Part shown: positions 45,878 through 55,798 of the stretch, piece after piece | Position numbering within the stretch: the stretch's first letter is position 1 | Layout of the letters: each line of letters begins with the position of its first letter | Virus record (IMG/VR): IMGVR_UViG_3300046011_007723 | Location: 1 to 63,582 of that record | Source: a virus | Taxonomy: Duplodnaviria; Caudoviricetes | DNA: 63,582 bases | Direction: 5' to 3' (one strand) | Notes under the pieces: generated by a model | The model's database searches: none | What the model was told of the DNA's origin: nothing | Seen by the model: only the letters and a program-made list of their open reading frames with translations | Position numbers and translations under genes: made by a program

Positions 45878-47229
45878 GCCGCCCGTTCAACTTCGTTTAA
45901 ATCTATTGATAAACTATCTTTCATTAATAACATCACACACTGATGATTTTGGTTTGTTATTATGTGCCTAATTGCTGTTATAAGATAGTTACCGCTTAAT
46001 AATTTATCTTCTTGTTCATCTTCTAATTCAAGATTACATACTTTATACAATACAAAGCTGACTCTTTGACCCACAGTATAATCTGTTCTTCCTAATACCG
46101 TAATTTCAATTTGCTGTGTATCCATCAGATTCATTAAAGAAAGCCGGCGCTGAACAATTTTTGAATTAGAAATATCGTGATTTCCTTCAAAAATAGCGTT
46201 TGCCTTTTCCATCATAATGTAGGCGTTTTCTTTTGTATTAATAGACTGTTTAGAAATAGGAGCAAATTCGTTTAGCCTAATTTCTTTATCATAGTTGGTC
46301 TTATAATCAAACGCAATATTCCGATAGGTTTTATTGGTTATGTTATGTACGATAAGATTAGAAGCAAAGGTTCCACTTCTGTTTCTATCGATATAACTAA
46401 AAGATTCAACCACGTTGAAGTCTAATACTCTAGAATAGGTTTTCTCAAAGTCAAACGTTGTAGTTCTGTTTTCTTTATCTGTAGGGATATCTCTGGTAAA
46501 GTTGTCTCTTCTAAATTCACGTGTTATATCATTTCTAAATAAAGCTTCTAATGAAATAAAGTTTAAGCCGTTACGATTCTCAAAAAACAAAAATGTCGGA
46601 GACCCTTCAGTTGTTTTATCTCCGTTTGACGCAGGCATACTTATTGCGTGCTCAGCCAAATAATTAAGATTTTTAACAGGCGACCAAAAATTAGAAACGT
46701 AAGCGTGACCGTTTGATGTTTCTTCAATATTGAATCTTTCCAGCTGTTCGTCAGTTAATTCTTTAGAATCATTTTGAAAATACGAATATTGTTTAAGAAT
46801 ATCAGACGCGATATCAGATATTTTAGCTTCGTTATATCCCTTTGAAATTTTTATGTTCATATCTAATAAAGCTTCAATAGATACAAAATGAAGCGTATAG
46901 CTAACTAGACGATCATTTGTATATTGTCTATCTGAAATTTTATAAACATAAAATCTACCTTGTATTGAATGATTTTTATCATCAGGAAACCCTGGAGTGA
47001 TAATATCCAAGTCAAGCATTTCTTCGCCAACAATAGGCAATTTATTGATTAACGCTAACGCATCTTGTATTACAATAGTCCCATTTATGAATGGCGAAAA
47101 AATATCTTCATAAACATTCATACCAATAAATACATTTTGAAGATCTACAACAAATGATGTGTTTATTGATACAATCTGCATTTTATTTATTGCAACTTCA
47201 CCTGCAAATGTTAAATTTCTAGTAATCAT
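45874..47229 (-). CDS. Baseplate hub/tail protein (gp27-like)
   Basis: YEDIFSP.I.G...I.D.......LPI.GEE, Y.LHF.S.E, FLFFENR.G.NF.SLE.L, V.G......G..V, LSG.YLITAIRH; lies between gp53 and gp5. Confidence 0.75.
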   Translation of the reverse strand: MITRNLTFAGEVAINKMQIVSINTSFVVDLQNVFIGMNVYEDIFSPFINGTIVIQDALALINKLPIVGEEMLDLDIITPGFPDDKNHSIQGRFYVYKISDRQYTNDRLVSYTLHFVSIEALLDMNIKISKGYNEAKISDIASDILKQYSYFQNDSKELTDEQLERFNIEETSNGHAYVSNFWSPVKNLNYLAEHAISMPASNGDKTTEGSPTFLFFENRNGLNFISLEALFRNDITREFRRDNFTRDIPTDKENRTTTFDFEKTYSRVLDFNVVESFSYIDRNRSGTFASNLIVHNITNKTYRNIAFDYKTNYDKEIRLNEFAPISKQSINTKENAYIMMEKANAIFEGNHDISNSKIVQRRLSLMNLMDTQQIEITVLGRTDYTVGQRVSFVLYKVCNLELEDEQEDKLLSGNYLITAIRHIITNQNHQCVMLLMKDSLSIDLNEVERAA

Positions 47230-47786
47230 AAGTCAGTAATTTCTTTTATAATATAGGTTATTATTTCCGCAGGGATATACTTTAAATTTCGTTTTTCTTC
47301 ATTCAGTATTGTTTCATAATCGTAATTAGTTACGCCGTATGAACTAATGTAATTAAGATATTCTGTATATTCTGTAGTTGTGACAGAAGGATACCCCGCC
47401 GGCTGTTCTACCTTTACCGGTGTTGTTATTTTTACTATGATACCATCAACTATTTTTTGGCAGTGATGTATTCCATAAATATCATCATATTTTTCTTTGA
47501 CGTATTTATCGAACACTTTAGTTGGAATAGGAAAATCTGTTAAATAGTCAAATCTATCATTTAAAAGCATAAGCGTCCAATGATAGTTTGGTGTTCCGTA
47601 TATTTTTTCAGAAATTATTTCTGGAGTATCTCCATCTTGAATAACATAATATTCATATGAAGTAATTTTATCTTTTATAATTTCTTTGAATCTAATATTA
47701 TGCGTGATGTCCTTCAATACAATTAATTGTTCTGCATCGTTAATATTAAAAGGGTAATAAAGCTTTGGTACATTTGTGAAATACAT
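47226..47786 (-). CDS. gp53: Baseplate wedge gp53
   Basis: MYF...P...Y, LysM-like Y.IQDGDTPEIISEKIYG...YHW..ML.N, TNYDYE..LNE.KR. Confidence 0.9.
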   Translation of the reverse strand: MYFTNVPKLYYPFNINDAEQLIVLKDITHNIRFKEIIKDKITSYEYYVIQDGDTPEIISEKIYGTPNYHWTLMLLNDRFDYLTDFPIPTKVFDKYVKEKYDDIYGIHHCQKIVDGIIVKITTPVKVEQPAGYPSVTTTEYTEYLNYISSYGVTNYDYETILNEEKRNLKYIPAEIITYIIKEITDL

Positions 47787-47788
47787 TT

Positions 47789-48775
47789 TTAGTATCCTCT
47801 ATTAAGAACAGCATCTTTATCAAGCGTTGCTAATTCTTTAAACTCCAAAGTCATTGTAATATGATTTGGTGAACCATCAGCAAATGTTGAAAATTGTCCA
47901 ATAGGAGCATAGTTGATAGAAACCTTTTCTAAGACACATGTGGTATGTTGATGGACGTTATTATTCAAATCTTGATCAAAATAGTAATAGATGTCAAATT
48001 CAGCTGGGTATTTGTACATTAATGTCCCAAGCGTCAATTCTGGCATCATATTACCTTTAAATTGACGAATAATATCTTGAACTGTATCTGATTCTTTTTT
48101 ATTTTTTGGAGAAAATGTGTACGAAAAAGAAAAAGTCCTAAAATCAACCCCTTTGAATAATAATTCCTTTTGGGGATTCATCACAGTTCTATTAGCAAGG
48201 TTTATCAAATCAGGTGTATTTTTAACCGCTGAATTTACACCCTCTTTCATCTTGTTAATCATTTCTGTTCTTTTTGCGTCTTTTGCGTTCATTCCATTTG
48301 TTGGAGTGGCAGTTAACGTTGGTAGAACAAATAATCTATCAGTTAAACTCATAGATTCATAATTAGCACCGTATGTTGCGCTAAGAGCCGGCGGCGTATA
48401 AAGTACGATATTACAAAATCCATTTTTAAGTGGTGTCGGAATAGATGGGCTTTCTTTACCGCTAACTGCTCTAGCAGCAACAGCCGCTTGTTGAGCTGCT
48501 GATTGTGAACGTTCTCCTCCACCAGCAGACCATTCTTTAGATAATGCGTCTAAAGAAGAAAAAACTGTACCTAAGATATTTCTTGCTGTACTATTACTTA
48601 ATGTGTTTACAGCATTAGAAATAACCTTTGCTTTTTTGCTATCTAATTTTGTTAATGGGTTTCTAAAGGAAGAATCTGATAACACAAACATTACATAATT
48701 TGAGCCATACGGATTATCTTTTTCTGAACGAAGATCGTCAGGATATACCAATGTTTTAACAGTAGGCGAAGCCAT
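47789..48775 (-). CDS. gp48: Baseplate tail-tube cap gp48
   Basis: Likely start 48775. L.YP.DL, I.LY.P, NP..ELLF.GV.FRTFSF.Y.F.PK..KES, YP..F.I, CVL....NY.P, L.F.E. Confidence 0.85.
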   Translation of the reverse strand: MASPTVKTLVYPDDLRSEKDNPYGSNYVMFVLSDSSFRNPLTKLDSKKAKVISNAVNTLSNSTARNILGTVFSSLDALSKEWSAGGGERSQSAAQQAAVAARAVSGKESPSIPTPLKNGFCNIVLYTPPALSATYGANYESMSLTDRLFVLPTLTATPTNGMNAKDAKRTEMINKMKEGVNSAVKNTPDLINLANRTVMNPQKELLFKGVDFRTFSFSYTFSPKNKKESDTVQDIIRQFKGNMMPELTLGTLMYKYPAEFDIYYYFDQDLNNNVHQHTTCVLEKVSINYAPIGQFSTFADGSPNHITMTLEFKELATLDKDAVLNRGY

Positions 48776-48841
48776 AGAGGAAAATCCTTTTAAATAAGTT
48801 AAATGAACCACATTATATTATTTAAGCCGCTAAATAAAATT
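48776..48841. promoter_or_regulatory. Divergent late-promoter-like elements (xTAAATA variants)
   Basis: GCTAAATA on + before ATG 48842 and CTTAAATA on - before gp48. Confidence 0.5.
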
Positions 48842-49309
48842 ATGAGAAAAACTAGATTTCCAAAACCAAGAAAATGGTTCCCCAAAAACCCAGAAAAGTA
48901 TGTTGGTGATGTAACTAATATCATATCAAGAAGCAGTTGGGAAACCAAATTTTTAAATTGGGCAGATAATAATCCTGCTATAATTTCATATTCATCTGAA
49001 GAAACGGTTATACCTTACATATCTATAACGGATATGAAACCACATAGATATTATCCTGATTTTAAAATTAAGGTAAAAGATGCACAAGGTAATATTAAAA
49101 CCTATATTGTTGAAATTAAGCCTAATTCACAAAGAAATCCTCCTATATATAAAGGAAAGAAAACCCAAAGATACATAAATGAATGTTCTACGTTTATGGT
49201 TAACCAATCAAAATGGAAAGCGGCAGAAAGTTTTTGTAAAGAACGTGGGTTAGGGTTCATTGTATTAGATGAATATGATTTAGGTATAGCACAAAGGAAA
49301 ACAAAATGA
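48842..49309 (+). CDS. gp4: Head completion nuclease gp4 (TnsA-like PD-(D/E)xK)
   Basis: PKNPEKY.GD...I..RSSWE..F..W.D.N......SSEE..IPY.....K.HRYYPDF...VEIKP..Q...NQ.KW.AA. Confidence 0.92.
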   Translation: MRKTRFPKPRKWFPKNPEKYVGDVTNIISRSSWETKFLNWADNNPAIISYSSEETVIPYISITDMKPHRYYPDFKIKVKDAQGNIKTYIVEIKPNSQRNPPIYKGKKTQRYINECSTFMVNQSKWKAAESFCKERGLGFIVLDEYDLGIAQRKTK

Positions 49310-50049
49310 TACAGCAAGATGTTGAAAGTCCAAGTCCGGCTGCAATTAAAAAACTAAGAACAAAAAATGGGTTAACCTTACAAAAGGCGGCAACTTTAGC
49401 CGGCGTTGCGTCATCTACATTTGAGAAAATGGAGAATGGCGTTATTAAAATGTCAGGCGATACTTGGGATAAACTGAATCGTAAGACAGCGGTAAAGCCT
49501 AATATAAAAGCCACCTTAGAAACATCAACTAATTATGAGTTGAAAGATTTGGTTTTAAAATCTAAAGCGTGGTTTAATTCTGAAGCAAAATCATTAGCAG
49601 CATCAACCACATTAAAGGTTAGCGGTAGAGCAACTGGTTCTCCTGTTCCTGGAGAAATGTATTCATTTTACTATGATGCTAAACACAAAGATACTTTACC
49701 TTACTGGGATAAATTTCCATTGGTATTTCCTTTCAGAATTATGCCTGATGGGTTTTACGGTATTAATTTACATTACTTACATTACAAAGAACGGATTATA
49801 TTATTAGACGCATTGGATGCGGTTGCTACATCCCCTAGAAAAGAAGTATCAAAAAGATTACAAATTTCGTATTCAATATTACAGCAGGCGGCTAAAAATA
49901 AAAAATTCGAAAAATGTATTCATAGATATTTGTTTGCTCATTTGAAAACCCCGTTAAAAAAGATACATTCAGATAAATGGATTTTAAGCGCGATGCTACC
50001 AAACGAAATGTTTGTTGGTGCGACGACTAAACAAATATGGAGTTTATAG
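49306..50049 (+). CDS. gp2: DNA end protector gp2 with an N-terminal Xre-type HTH
   Basis: PG.MY.F.YDAKHKDTLPYWD.FPLVF......GF.G.NLHYL...R..LL; N-terminal IKKLR...GLTL..AA.LAGV...T..K.ENG. Confidence 0.85.
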   Translation: MIQQDVESPSPAAIKKLRTKNGLTLQKAATLAGVASSTFEKMENGVIKMSGDTWDKLNRKTAVKPNIKATLETSTNYELKDLVLKSKAWFNSEAKSLAASTTLKVSGRATGSPVPGEMYSFYYDAKHKDTLPYWDKFPLVFPFRIMPDGFYGINLHYLHYKERIILLDALDAVATSPRKEVSKRLQISYSILQQAAKNKKFEKCIHRYLFAHLKTPLKKIHSDKWILSAMLPNEMFVGATTKQIWSL

Positions 50050-50643
50050 ATGAGTAAAGGCAAAGATTTAATTAATTTCATAGCACTGGTTAAAAATGAC
50101 GGGTTAAGTAAAGCCAGTCATTTTGATGTTGATATTTTTATGCCCAAAGCTTTTGATAACGAAGCTGGTAGATCGTTATTTAATGAATTCAGTCATTTGA
50201 CAATGTTATGCGAATCAACTGTTCTTCCAGGTGTTATGATAGGTCAAACTGTTTATGAAACTTTTGGTGAGCAAAGAAAAATCGTAACATCTAAACAGTT
50301 TAATGACATTTCTTTAACATTTATTTGCGATATTAATTTAGTGACGCGCCGGTTTTTTGAAGCATGGACGGAATATGTAATTGACCCTGTTACAAGAACA
50401 ATGGGATATTATGATGATTTTACAACGACTATGACTATAGGTATAAATGATGGCGCTTCGGAAGCATTTAATAACAAACAAGGCGATAAAAAAAGAGATT
50501 CTAATCGCAGACTGACGATGACATTGTATGAAGTTTACCCTAAACAAATTCAAGATATAACATTAAGCTATGAAGAAGCTGGATTTGCTAAAGTTACCGT
50601 AGATTTGTCATATAAGTTCCATTCTATTGCAGTTGGTGCATAA
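50050..50643 (+). CDS. Tail-tube-fold protein (gp54/gp19-like)
   Basis: GL.....F.V, LCE...LPG......G..RK......F..I.LTF..D......FFE.W...........YYDD, L.E.YP..I..I.L. Confidence 0.75.
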   Translation: MSKGKDLINFIALVKNDGLSKASHFDVDIFMPKAFDNEAGRSLFNEFSHLTMLCESTVLPGVMIGQTVYETFGEQRKIVTSKQFNDISLTFICDINLVTRRFFEAWTEYVIDPVTRTMGYYDDFTTTMTIGINDGASEAFNNKQGDKKRDSNRRLTMTLYEVYPKQIQDITLSYEEAGFAKVTVDLSYKFHSIAVGA

Positions 50644-51066
50644 ATGAAAATTGATGATAATTTGGCTACTGTGTTCAATTTAGATACGAACATAATTGAA
50701 GGTGAGATTGTAGGTGAAGTAACGAAAGCGCCGTTAGTGAGAGCAGAACCGTTTGAAGCTGAGAATGATTTTGAATACGCAAGAGAAAATATAAAATCAT
50801 TAATAGCACAAGGAGAAGACGCGCTTGAGTCTATAATTGACATAGCAAAATCTAGTGAAGCTCCTAGAGCGTTTGAAATTGTAGCCGGTTTATTGAAACA
50901 GCTTTCAGATATGAACCATCAGGTCATAGATTTACATGTTAAGAAAAAAGGCTTAAAGGGTAAAGTTGAAAGTGAATCTCCTAAAACTGTCACCAACAAT
51001 AGTATATTTGTTGGTACAACTAGCGAGTTGAATAAAATGATTAATGATTTGACGAATAAGGGATAG
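50644..51066 (+). CDS. gp16: Terminase small subunit gp16
   Basis: DFEYAREN...LI..G..A......A..SE.PRAFE....L.K...D....L.DL, TNN.IFVG.T.EL.KM. Confidence 0.8.
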   Translation: MKIDDNLATVFNLDTNIIEGEIVGEVTKAPLVRAEPFEAENDFEYARENIKSLIAQGEDALESIIDIAKSSEAPRAFEIVAGLLKQLSDMNHQVIDLHVKKKGLKGKVESESPKTVTNNSIFVGTTSELNKMINDLTNKG

Positions 51067-51067
51067 T

Positions 51068-51781
51068 ATGTTACCACAACCTAAAAAAAGCGCCCCAGTT
51101 TATACAACAAAAATTCCATCTTCTGGGGAAACAATTAAATTTCATCCATTTTTAGTACAGGATGAAAAGGCATTATTGATTGCTCAAGAATCAGAAGATC
51201 TTGATGTAATGATTGATACAATTTTAGACGTAATAAGCCGTTGCGTTCTAAGCCCACTTGACACTGATAAGTTAGCTATATTTGACATCGAATACATATT
51301 CCTTCAAATTAGAGCAAAATCGGTAGGTGAAACCGCAGAGTTAATATTTTCATGTGATGATTGTGTTACACCAACATCTAAGGTTAAAATCAGTTTCAAT
51401 TTAGAAAACATCAACGTTGAGAAAAACCCTAAGCATACAAAACGAATTTCTTTATTTGATGACGTAGGCGTTATGATGAAATACCCTGCGTACAAATCAT
51501 TGAAGTTGCTGGATTCAAATTTGAAAGATACAGAAATGGAATTCGATTTGGTAATTGATAGCGTTGATTACATTTATGATAAAGAAGAAATACATCACAT
51601 CTCAGATTACACTAAAGAAGAAGTTGTTGATTTCTTTAACGCCTTAACAAAAGAAAACTTCAACAAGGTTTATGAATTTTTTGAAACCATGCCACAAATG
51701 GTTCAACGGGTAAAATACAAATGTCCTGATTGCGGTAAAGCGCATAATAAAATTATAGAAGGGATCGAATATTTTTTTTAA
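51068..51781 (+). CDS. gp26: Baseplate hub subunit gp26
   Basis: P.Y...IPS.G..IKF.PFLV.DEK.LLIA.ES, L..FDIEYIFL.IRAKSVGE, FFETMP......C..CG......IEG...FF. Confidence 0.9.
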   Translation: MLPQPKKSAPVYTTKIPSSGETIKFHPFLVQDEKALLIAQESEDLDVMIDTILDVISRCVLSPLDTDKLAIFDIEYIFLQIRAKSVGETAELIFSCDDCVTPTSKVKISFNLENINVEKNPKHTKRISLFDDVGVMMKYPAYKSLKLLDSNLKDTEMEFDLVIDSVDYIYDKEEIHHISDYTKEEVVDFFNALTKENFNKVYEFFETMPQMVQRVKYKCPDCGKAHNKIIEGIEYFF

Positions 51782-51966
51782 TGGCAATGAGCCACGATAA
51801 TTTGCTGAATTATATGAAGACGAATTTTGCCCTTATTCAATATCATAAATACAGCATAGGCGACATTGAAAGATTAATGCCATTTGAAAGGGAAATATAC
51901 GTTTCGTTGTTAATTATGCATTTGAAAGAAGAAAAGGAACGAATAGAAAGGAATAAAAGAAAATGA
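51781..51966 (+). CDS. gp51: Baseplate hub assembly catalyst gp51
   Basis: L.NY..TNFAL.Q.HKYS..DIE.L.PFEREIY..LL...LKEE. Confidence 0.88.
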   Translation: MAMSHDNLLNYMKTNFALIQYHKYSIGDIERLMPFEREIYVSLLIMHLKEEKERIERNKRK

Positions 51967-54857
51967 GTAAACGGGATAAAAGTTTGACCGCATTACTGGA
52001 TAAGCAGGCAAAACAGGTGTCTGATATCAAAGAAGATACTAATGAACTAAAAGAAAAAGCTGTAGAGTTAAAGGAAGAAATAAAAGTAGCCACCGGAACT
52101 GTCACAGGCTCACCTATTCAAACAGGAAGTAAAATTTTAAATGCCACTGCCGATTTACATTCATTAGTTGATAATTCATTTGAGAATACAGATTTCGGTA
52201 AACTTTTATCTAACATCGATAAAGGCATCAACGATAAAAATAGTAATTTATTAAAATTGATGGAATCCTTAAAGGGCAAATTTTCTTCATCTTTTATTAA
52301 TAATACAACAAATTCGAATTCAGTATCTGATAATACAACAAATTTAAACGATAAATTTACAACAAATAATCAAAAATTTGAACCTCCGATTAGAAGAGAA
52401 CCACCAAGTAGGTTCTTTTCTGGTATTGATGCGTTTCAGAAAAAGCTTGGTGTAAAAGATTATTCTATGCTGAGTAAGCGTATAAGTAATGCCTTAGCAT
52501 TTACAAAATACGATTTGAGCGAAAAACAAAAGCCTGAATTTGAACAGGTTATACCTGAAAAGAAAGCAAATAAAAGCGCAGTAAAAGCTGTAGAATCATC
52601 TGTACAGTTTTCTCCGTTAGCTAAACTTGCCGCCGATACAAAATCACATAAGGCTTATGTTGATAAGGTATTAAAGGAAAATCCTAAGCTTTTGAAAAAG
52701 GGTAATGTTGAAGAAGTAAAAGGCAAACTGTTAGCTGAGTCAAAGGAACTGAGAAAACAGGCTAAAGAATATGTTGAGTTTGAAAAAGATTTAAAGGTAT
52801 TAAAAGAAAACAACTTAACACAAGACAGTAAATTGATTAAGACCATCGAAACTAAGATGGAAAAAATCAAAAAGTATGTTGAAAAAACTAATCGATTAGA
52901 AATAAAAGAAGCGCCGGTAAAGGCTGAATCAGTAAAACCAGAATCAGTAAAACCAGAATCAGTAAAACCAGAATCAGTAAAACCAGAATCGGTAGACAAG
53001 GTTAAACCAGAATTTAAACCAGAATCAGTAAAACCAGAATCAGTAAAACCAGAATCAGTAAAACCAGAATCGGTAGACAAGGTTAAACCAGAATTTAAAC
53101 CAGAATCAGTAGACAAGGTTAAACCAGAATCAGTAAAACCAGAATACATAGACAAGGTTAAACCAGAATCAGTAGACAAGGTTAAACCAGAATCAGTAAA
53201 TTCATTTACATCTTTAACTGAAGCCGAGCATAAAGACAGCAACACTAAGTCTCAAGAAGAAATCGACAATTCTAAATTCCAAGAAAACCTACTTAATCAA
53301 AATAAACAGCAGTTAGACCTATCGAGTAAACAATATAAAACCTCTGATGAACAATTAAAAGTTCAAAATAAGATGTATGAGATTTTACAGAGATTTGAAA
53401 GTAAAGGTTTTGGTGGAGGAAACAACAAAAATGATGATTCAGTATTTGATGATTTTTTAGGCGGTGAAAAAAGAGACCGAACCCCTAAACGAAATCCTAC
53501 AAGAACTTCTAGAAGAAACCCAAAAGGAAATATATTAAAACGTGGAGCAGCTAATGTTGCGCGTGTAGTAGGAGGTATGGCGGTAGGTGCGGCAACAGCT
53601 GGTAAAGCTGTTCTAGAGTCCGGTAAAGCCGCTGTTGGTGCTATTGGGGCAGCTGCTAAAGGAATACCAACTAAAGCCGTAGAGCTTGCCGAGACTGCTA
53701 AGGGTTCTGTGTCAAAGGTAGCAGGTGCAGCTAAAACTGGTGTTGCTAAAGTAGTAAAATCTGAAGCGTTAAAAGATACAGGTAAACTGATATCAGAATC
53801 TATAGCAAAACGCCTACCGAAAGCCGCATTGAAAGCCGCTGGAAAATCTATCCCAGGAATAGGTGCATTAATAGGATTAGGTGCTGCTGCTGTCTCATTA
53901 GCTGAAGGTGATAAGGTAGCCGCCGGATTAGAAGCTGTCAGTGGATTAGGTTCAGCGGCAACTGCTATTCCTGCTACAGCGGCATTAGTCGCTAAAGAAG
54001 TTTATGAAGATGTTTACGGAATTAAACCGGAAGAAGACCCAGAAGCTGGAACCAGATTAACTGAAGTCAAAAACCAAGTTTGGGAAGAGATGAAAAAGTT
54101 AACTGGCACTGAAGAACCAAAAGCTGAGGAAACACCTAAAGAAGACGCGGGTAAACTATTAGAAGGAATTAAACCGGAAGATAAACCAAATGAAACATCA
54201 GAAATGGTTGCTGGTGTTCCTGTTATTAAAGGTCAACCGTTAACAAAAGAACAAATTTCAGCAACAGATATAGCAATAAAATTAGGTAATAAGCCATCAG
54301 TAGATGTTAAAGAAGCATATGATTTATCTAAAGGAAATAAAGGTGAGAATACAGCTAGTGTAAACGGTCAACCGGTAAAGGCTGAACCTGCAACAAAAGA
54401 TTACAATACTGAGTTTAAGAAGGTTGAGGAAGAACGAGTCAAAGCCGCAAAACAGTTATCTGAATCATCAAATACTGAAGAAGATATAAAAATCTTTAAA
54501 GAACAATTAAGTAAGGTTGAAGATATGAAAGTTAACCTACTTGCTGAAAGGGATAATAAGCCTAAAGACCAAATTAGAAAAATGTTGGAAGATAATGAAG
54601 ACCCAACGACTGCTAGATTTTATCAATTAAAACCTACTGCCGAAAAAGTTGATTCATCAAGGGAATTAATTAAAGCAAGTACAGAGTCTGAAGATGCTAG
54701 AATGGCGGCGGGTAATAACGGTGATTCTGGTACGACTATTATATCACCAACAACGATAACAAACTCTAATCAAACTAATGTAGTAAGAAAGGATGTTAAA
54801 AATAATGATGGTTCGTTAAACCGGTTGTTTGATAGCCGATACAAATTTAATTCATAA
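51963..54857 (+). CDS. Tape-measure/gp29-like baseplate hub protein
   Basis: Follows gp26-gp51; helical K/E-rich regions, A/G-rich K.IPG.G..IG.G segment, N/T-rich C-terminus. Confidence 0.65.
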   Translation: MSKRDKSLTALLDKQAKQVSDIKEDTNELKEKAVELKEEIKVATGTVTGSPIQTGSKILNATADLHSLVDNSFENTDFGKLLSNIDKGINDKNSNLLKLMESLKGKFSSSFINNTTNSNSVSDNTTNLNDKFTTNNQKFEPPIRREPPSRFFSGIDAFQKKLGVKDYSMLSKRISNALAFTKYDLSEKQKPEFEQVIPEKKANKSAVKAVESSVQFSPLAKLAADTKSHKAYVDKVLKENPKLLKKGNVEEVKGKLLAESKELRKQAKEYVEFEKDLKVLKENNLTQDSKLIKTIETKMEKIKKYVEKTNRLEIKEAPVKAESVKPESVKPESVKPESVKPESVDKVKPEFKPESVKPESVKPESVKPESVDKVKPEFKPESVDKVKPESVKPEYIDKVKPESVDKVKPESVNSFTSLTEAEHKDSNTKSQEEIDNSKFQENLLNQNKQQLDLSSKQYKTSDEQLKVQNKMYEILQRFESKGFGGGNNKNDDSVFDDFLGGEKRDRTPKRNPTRTSRRNPKGNILKRGAANVARVVGGMAVGAATAGKAVLESGKAAVGAIGAAAKGIPTKAVELAETAKGSVSKVAGAAKTGVAKVVKSEALKDTGKLISESIAKRLPKAALKAAGKSIPGIGALIGLGAAAVSLAEGDKVAAGLEAVSGLGSAATAIPATAALVAKEVYEDVYGIKPEEDPEAGTRLTEVKNQVWEEMKKLTGTEEPKAEETPKEDAGKLLEGIKPEDKPNETSEMVAGVPVIKGQPLTKEQISATDIAIKLGNKPSVDVKEAYDLSKGNKGENTASVNGQPVKAEPATKDYNTEFKKVEEERVKAAKQLSESSNTEEDIKIFKEQLSKVEDMKVNLLAERDNKPKDQIRKMLEDNEDPTTARFYQLKPTAEKVDSSRELIKASTESEDARMAAGNNGDSGTTIISPTTITNSNQTNVVRKDVKNNDGSLNRLFDSRYKFNS
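52919..53198 (+). repeat. 15-nt VNTR encoding KPESV / KPESVDKV repeats
   Basis: aaaccagaatcagta tandem units interspersed with gacaaggtt variants. Confidence 0.95.
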
Positions 54858-54860
54858 TGA

Positions 54861-54896
54861 AAGACCCGAAACCTTAGCCGGAATCGGGTCTTTTTT
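54861..54896 (+). terminator. Rho-independent terminator
   Basis: aagacccga...tcgggtctt followed by a T-run; separates the late + block from the early - block. Confidence 0.85.
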
Positions 54897-54897
54897 G

Positions 54898-55107
54898 TTA
54901 TATCTCATCACCGTAAATCCATTCATAACGATGATTCAATTTTACGATTGATAATAAATTTATACACTGAAGCGCTACCGTAGTGACAAACCACCAATTA
55001 TAATATGAGTTTATAGACATATATACAATCACAGCATTAAGTAATACACCAACTATAACCATCAAACGAATTTTTAATTTTAATAAATTTTGTTTGTTTG
55101 AAACCAT
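54898..55107 (-). CDS. Small membrane protein
   Basis: Likely start 55107 (MVSNKQ); two hydrophobic segments. Confidence 0.5.
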   Translation of the reverse strand: MVSNKQNLLKLKIRLMVIVGVLLNAVIVYMSINSYYNWWFVTTVALQCINLLSIVKLNHRYEWIYGDEI

Positions 55108-55108
55108 A

Positions 55109-55798
55109 TTATTTCCGATGTCTAAAGCTTTGTTTAAGGTCAAACCCATGAGCAAGAATTTTGTCTTTATTTTCAATTTCTACTGGCGGTTTAATATCAG
55201 GAGATCCTCTCATAACATTACCCATAAAATATGAGATGTCCTGAAATAGTTTATCTGCTGGGTAAATAGAAGCAAATCCAAGTTCAGATAAAATTGGAGC
55301 TTTATATTTAGATTCGTAAGAGTCACCAATAAATAACAGTTCACCAAACCCTGTGTGGTCAAACCAAAACACTGGAGTATTTAATTTGGCATGAATACCG
55401 GTCAACTCTTTAACAAAGTTTGCATTACCTACTAAGTCTTCATACGAACGTTTTTTTCTAAAACGATGTATATCTTTAGGAAAGAAAAAGTCATATTGTT
55501 CGCGGGTAAAAACTTTATATGGAGAATTGACATACATCAACCTTTCTCTGTATATCAAATACAAAACACCATTGACTGAAAGCCATCTGTAATTTGAGCT
55601 TTTTTCGTTGCCAATACTAAAAAGTTTGTTATCTAATGCATATTTATATTCTCTGACCAATCCTAATGTTTCCTTTAGAATAGATTTAGTTTCATCATTG
55701 TTAGGAATAGGCTTTCTGTTAAAAACGATTTTCTCATCAACGCCATATTGGTGAGCAAGATAATCATAATAATCTTTAAAGTCGCTGATAATTTTCAT
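55109..55798 (-). CDS. Conserved phage hypothetical protein
   Basis: MKIISDFKDYYDY....YG.D...V..R start and P....NKDKI.AHGFDLK.SFR end. Confidence 0.7.
   Translation of the reverse strand: MKIISDFKDYYDYLAHQYGVDEKIVFNRKPIPNNDETKSILKETLGLVREYKYALDNKLFSIGNEKSSNYRWLSVNGVLYLIYRERLMYVNSPYKVFTREQYDFFFPKDIHRFRKKRSYEDLVGNANFVKELTGIHAKLNTPVFWFDHTGFGELLFIGDSYESKYKAPILSELGFASIYPADKLFQDISYFMGNVMRGSPDIKPPVEIENKDKILAHGFDLKQSFRHRK

Noticed and set aside
717-45971. Many plus-strand ORFs overlapping the minus-strand structural genes (e.g. 2698-3324, 3763-4599, 6358-6759, 43417-43788)
   Set aside because: Antisense shadows of G/T/S/V-rich repetitive genes, with no RBS, promoter or recognisable motifs.
48842-49309. 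TnsA-like transposase suggesting a transposon
   Set aside because: Sequence and the gp48/gp2 context match T4 gp4 head-completion nuclease; no terminal repeats or other tns genes.
52655-53245. 196-aa minus-strand ORF with TDSGF repeats
   Set aside because: Reverse complement of the KPESV VNTR in the tape-measure-like gene.
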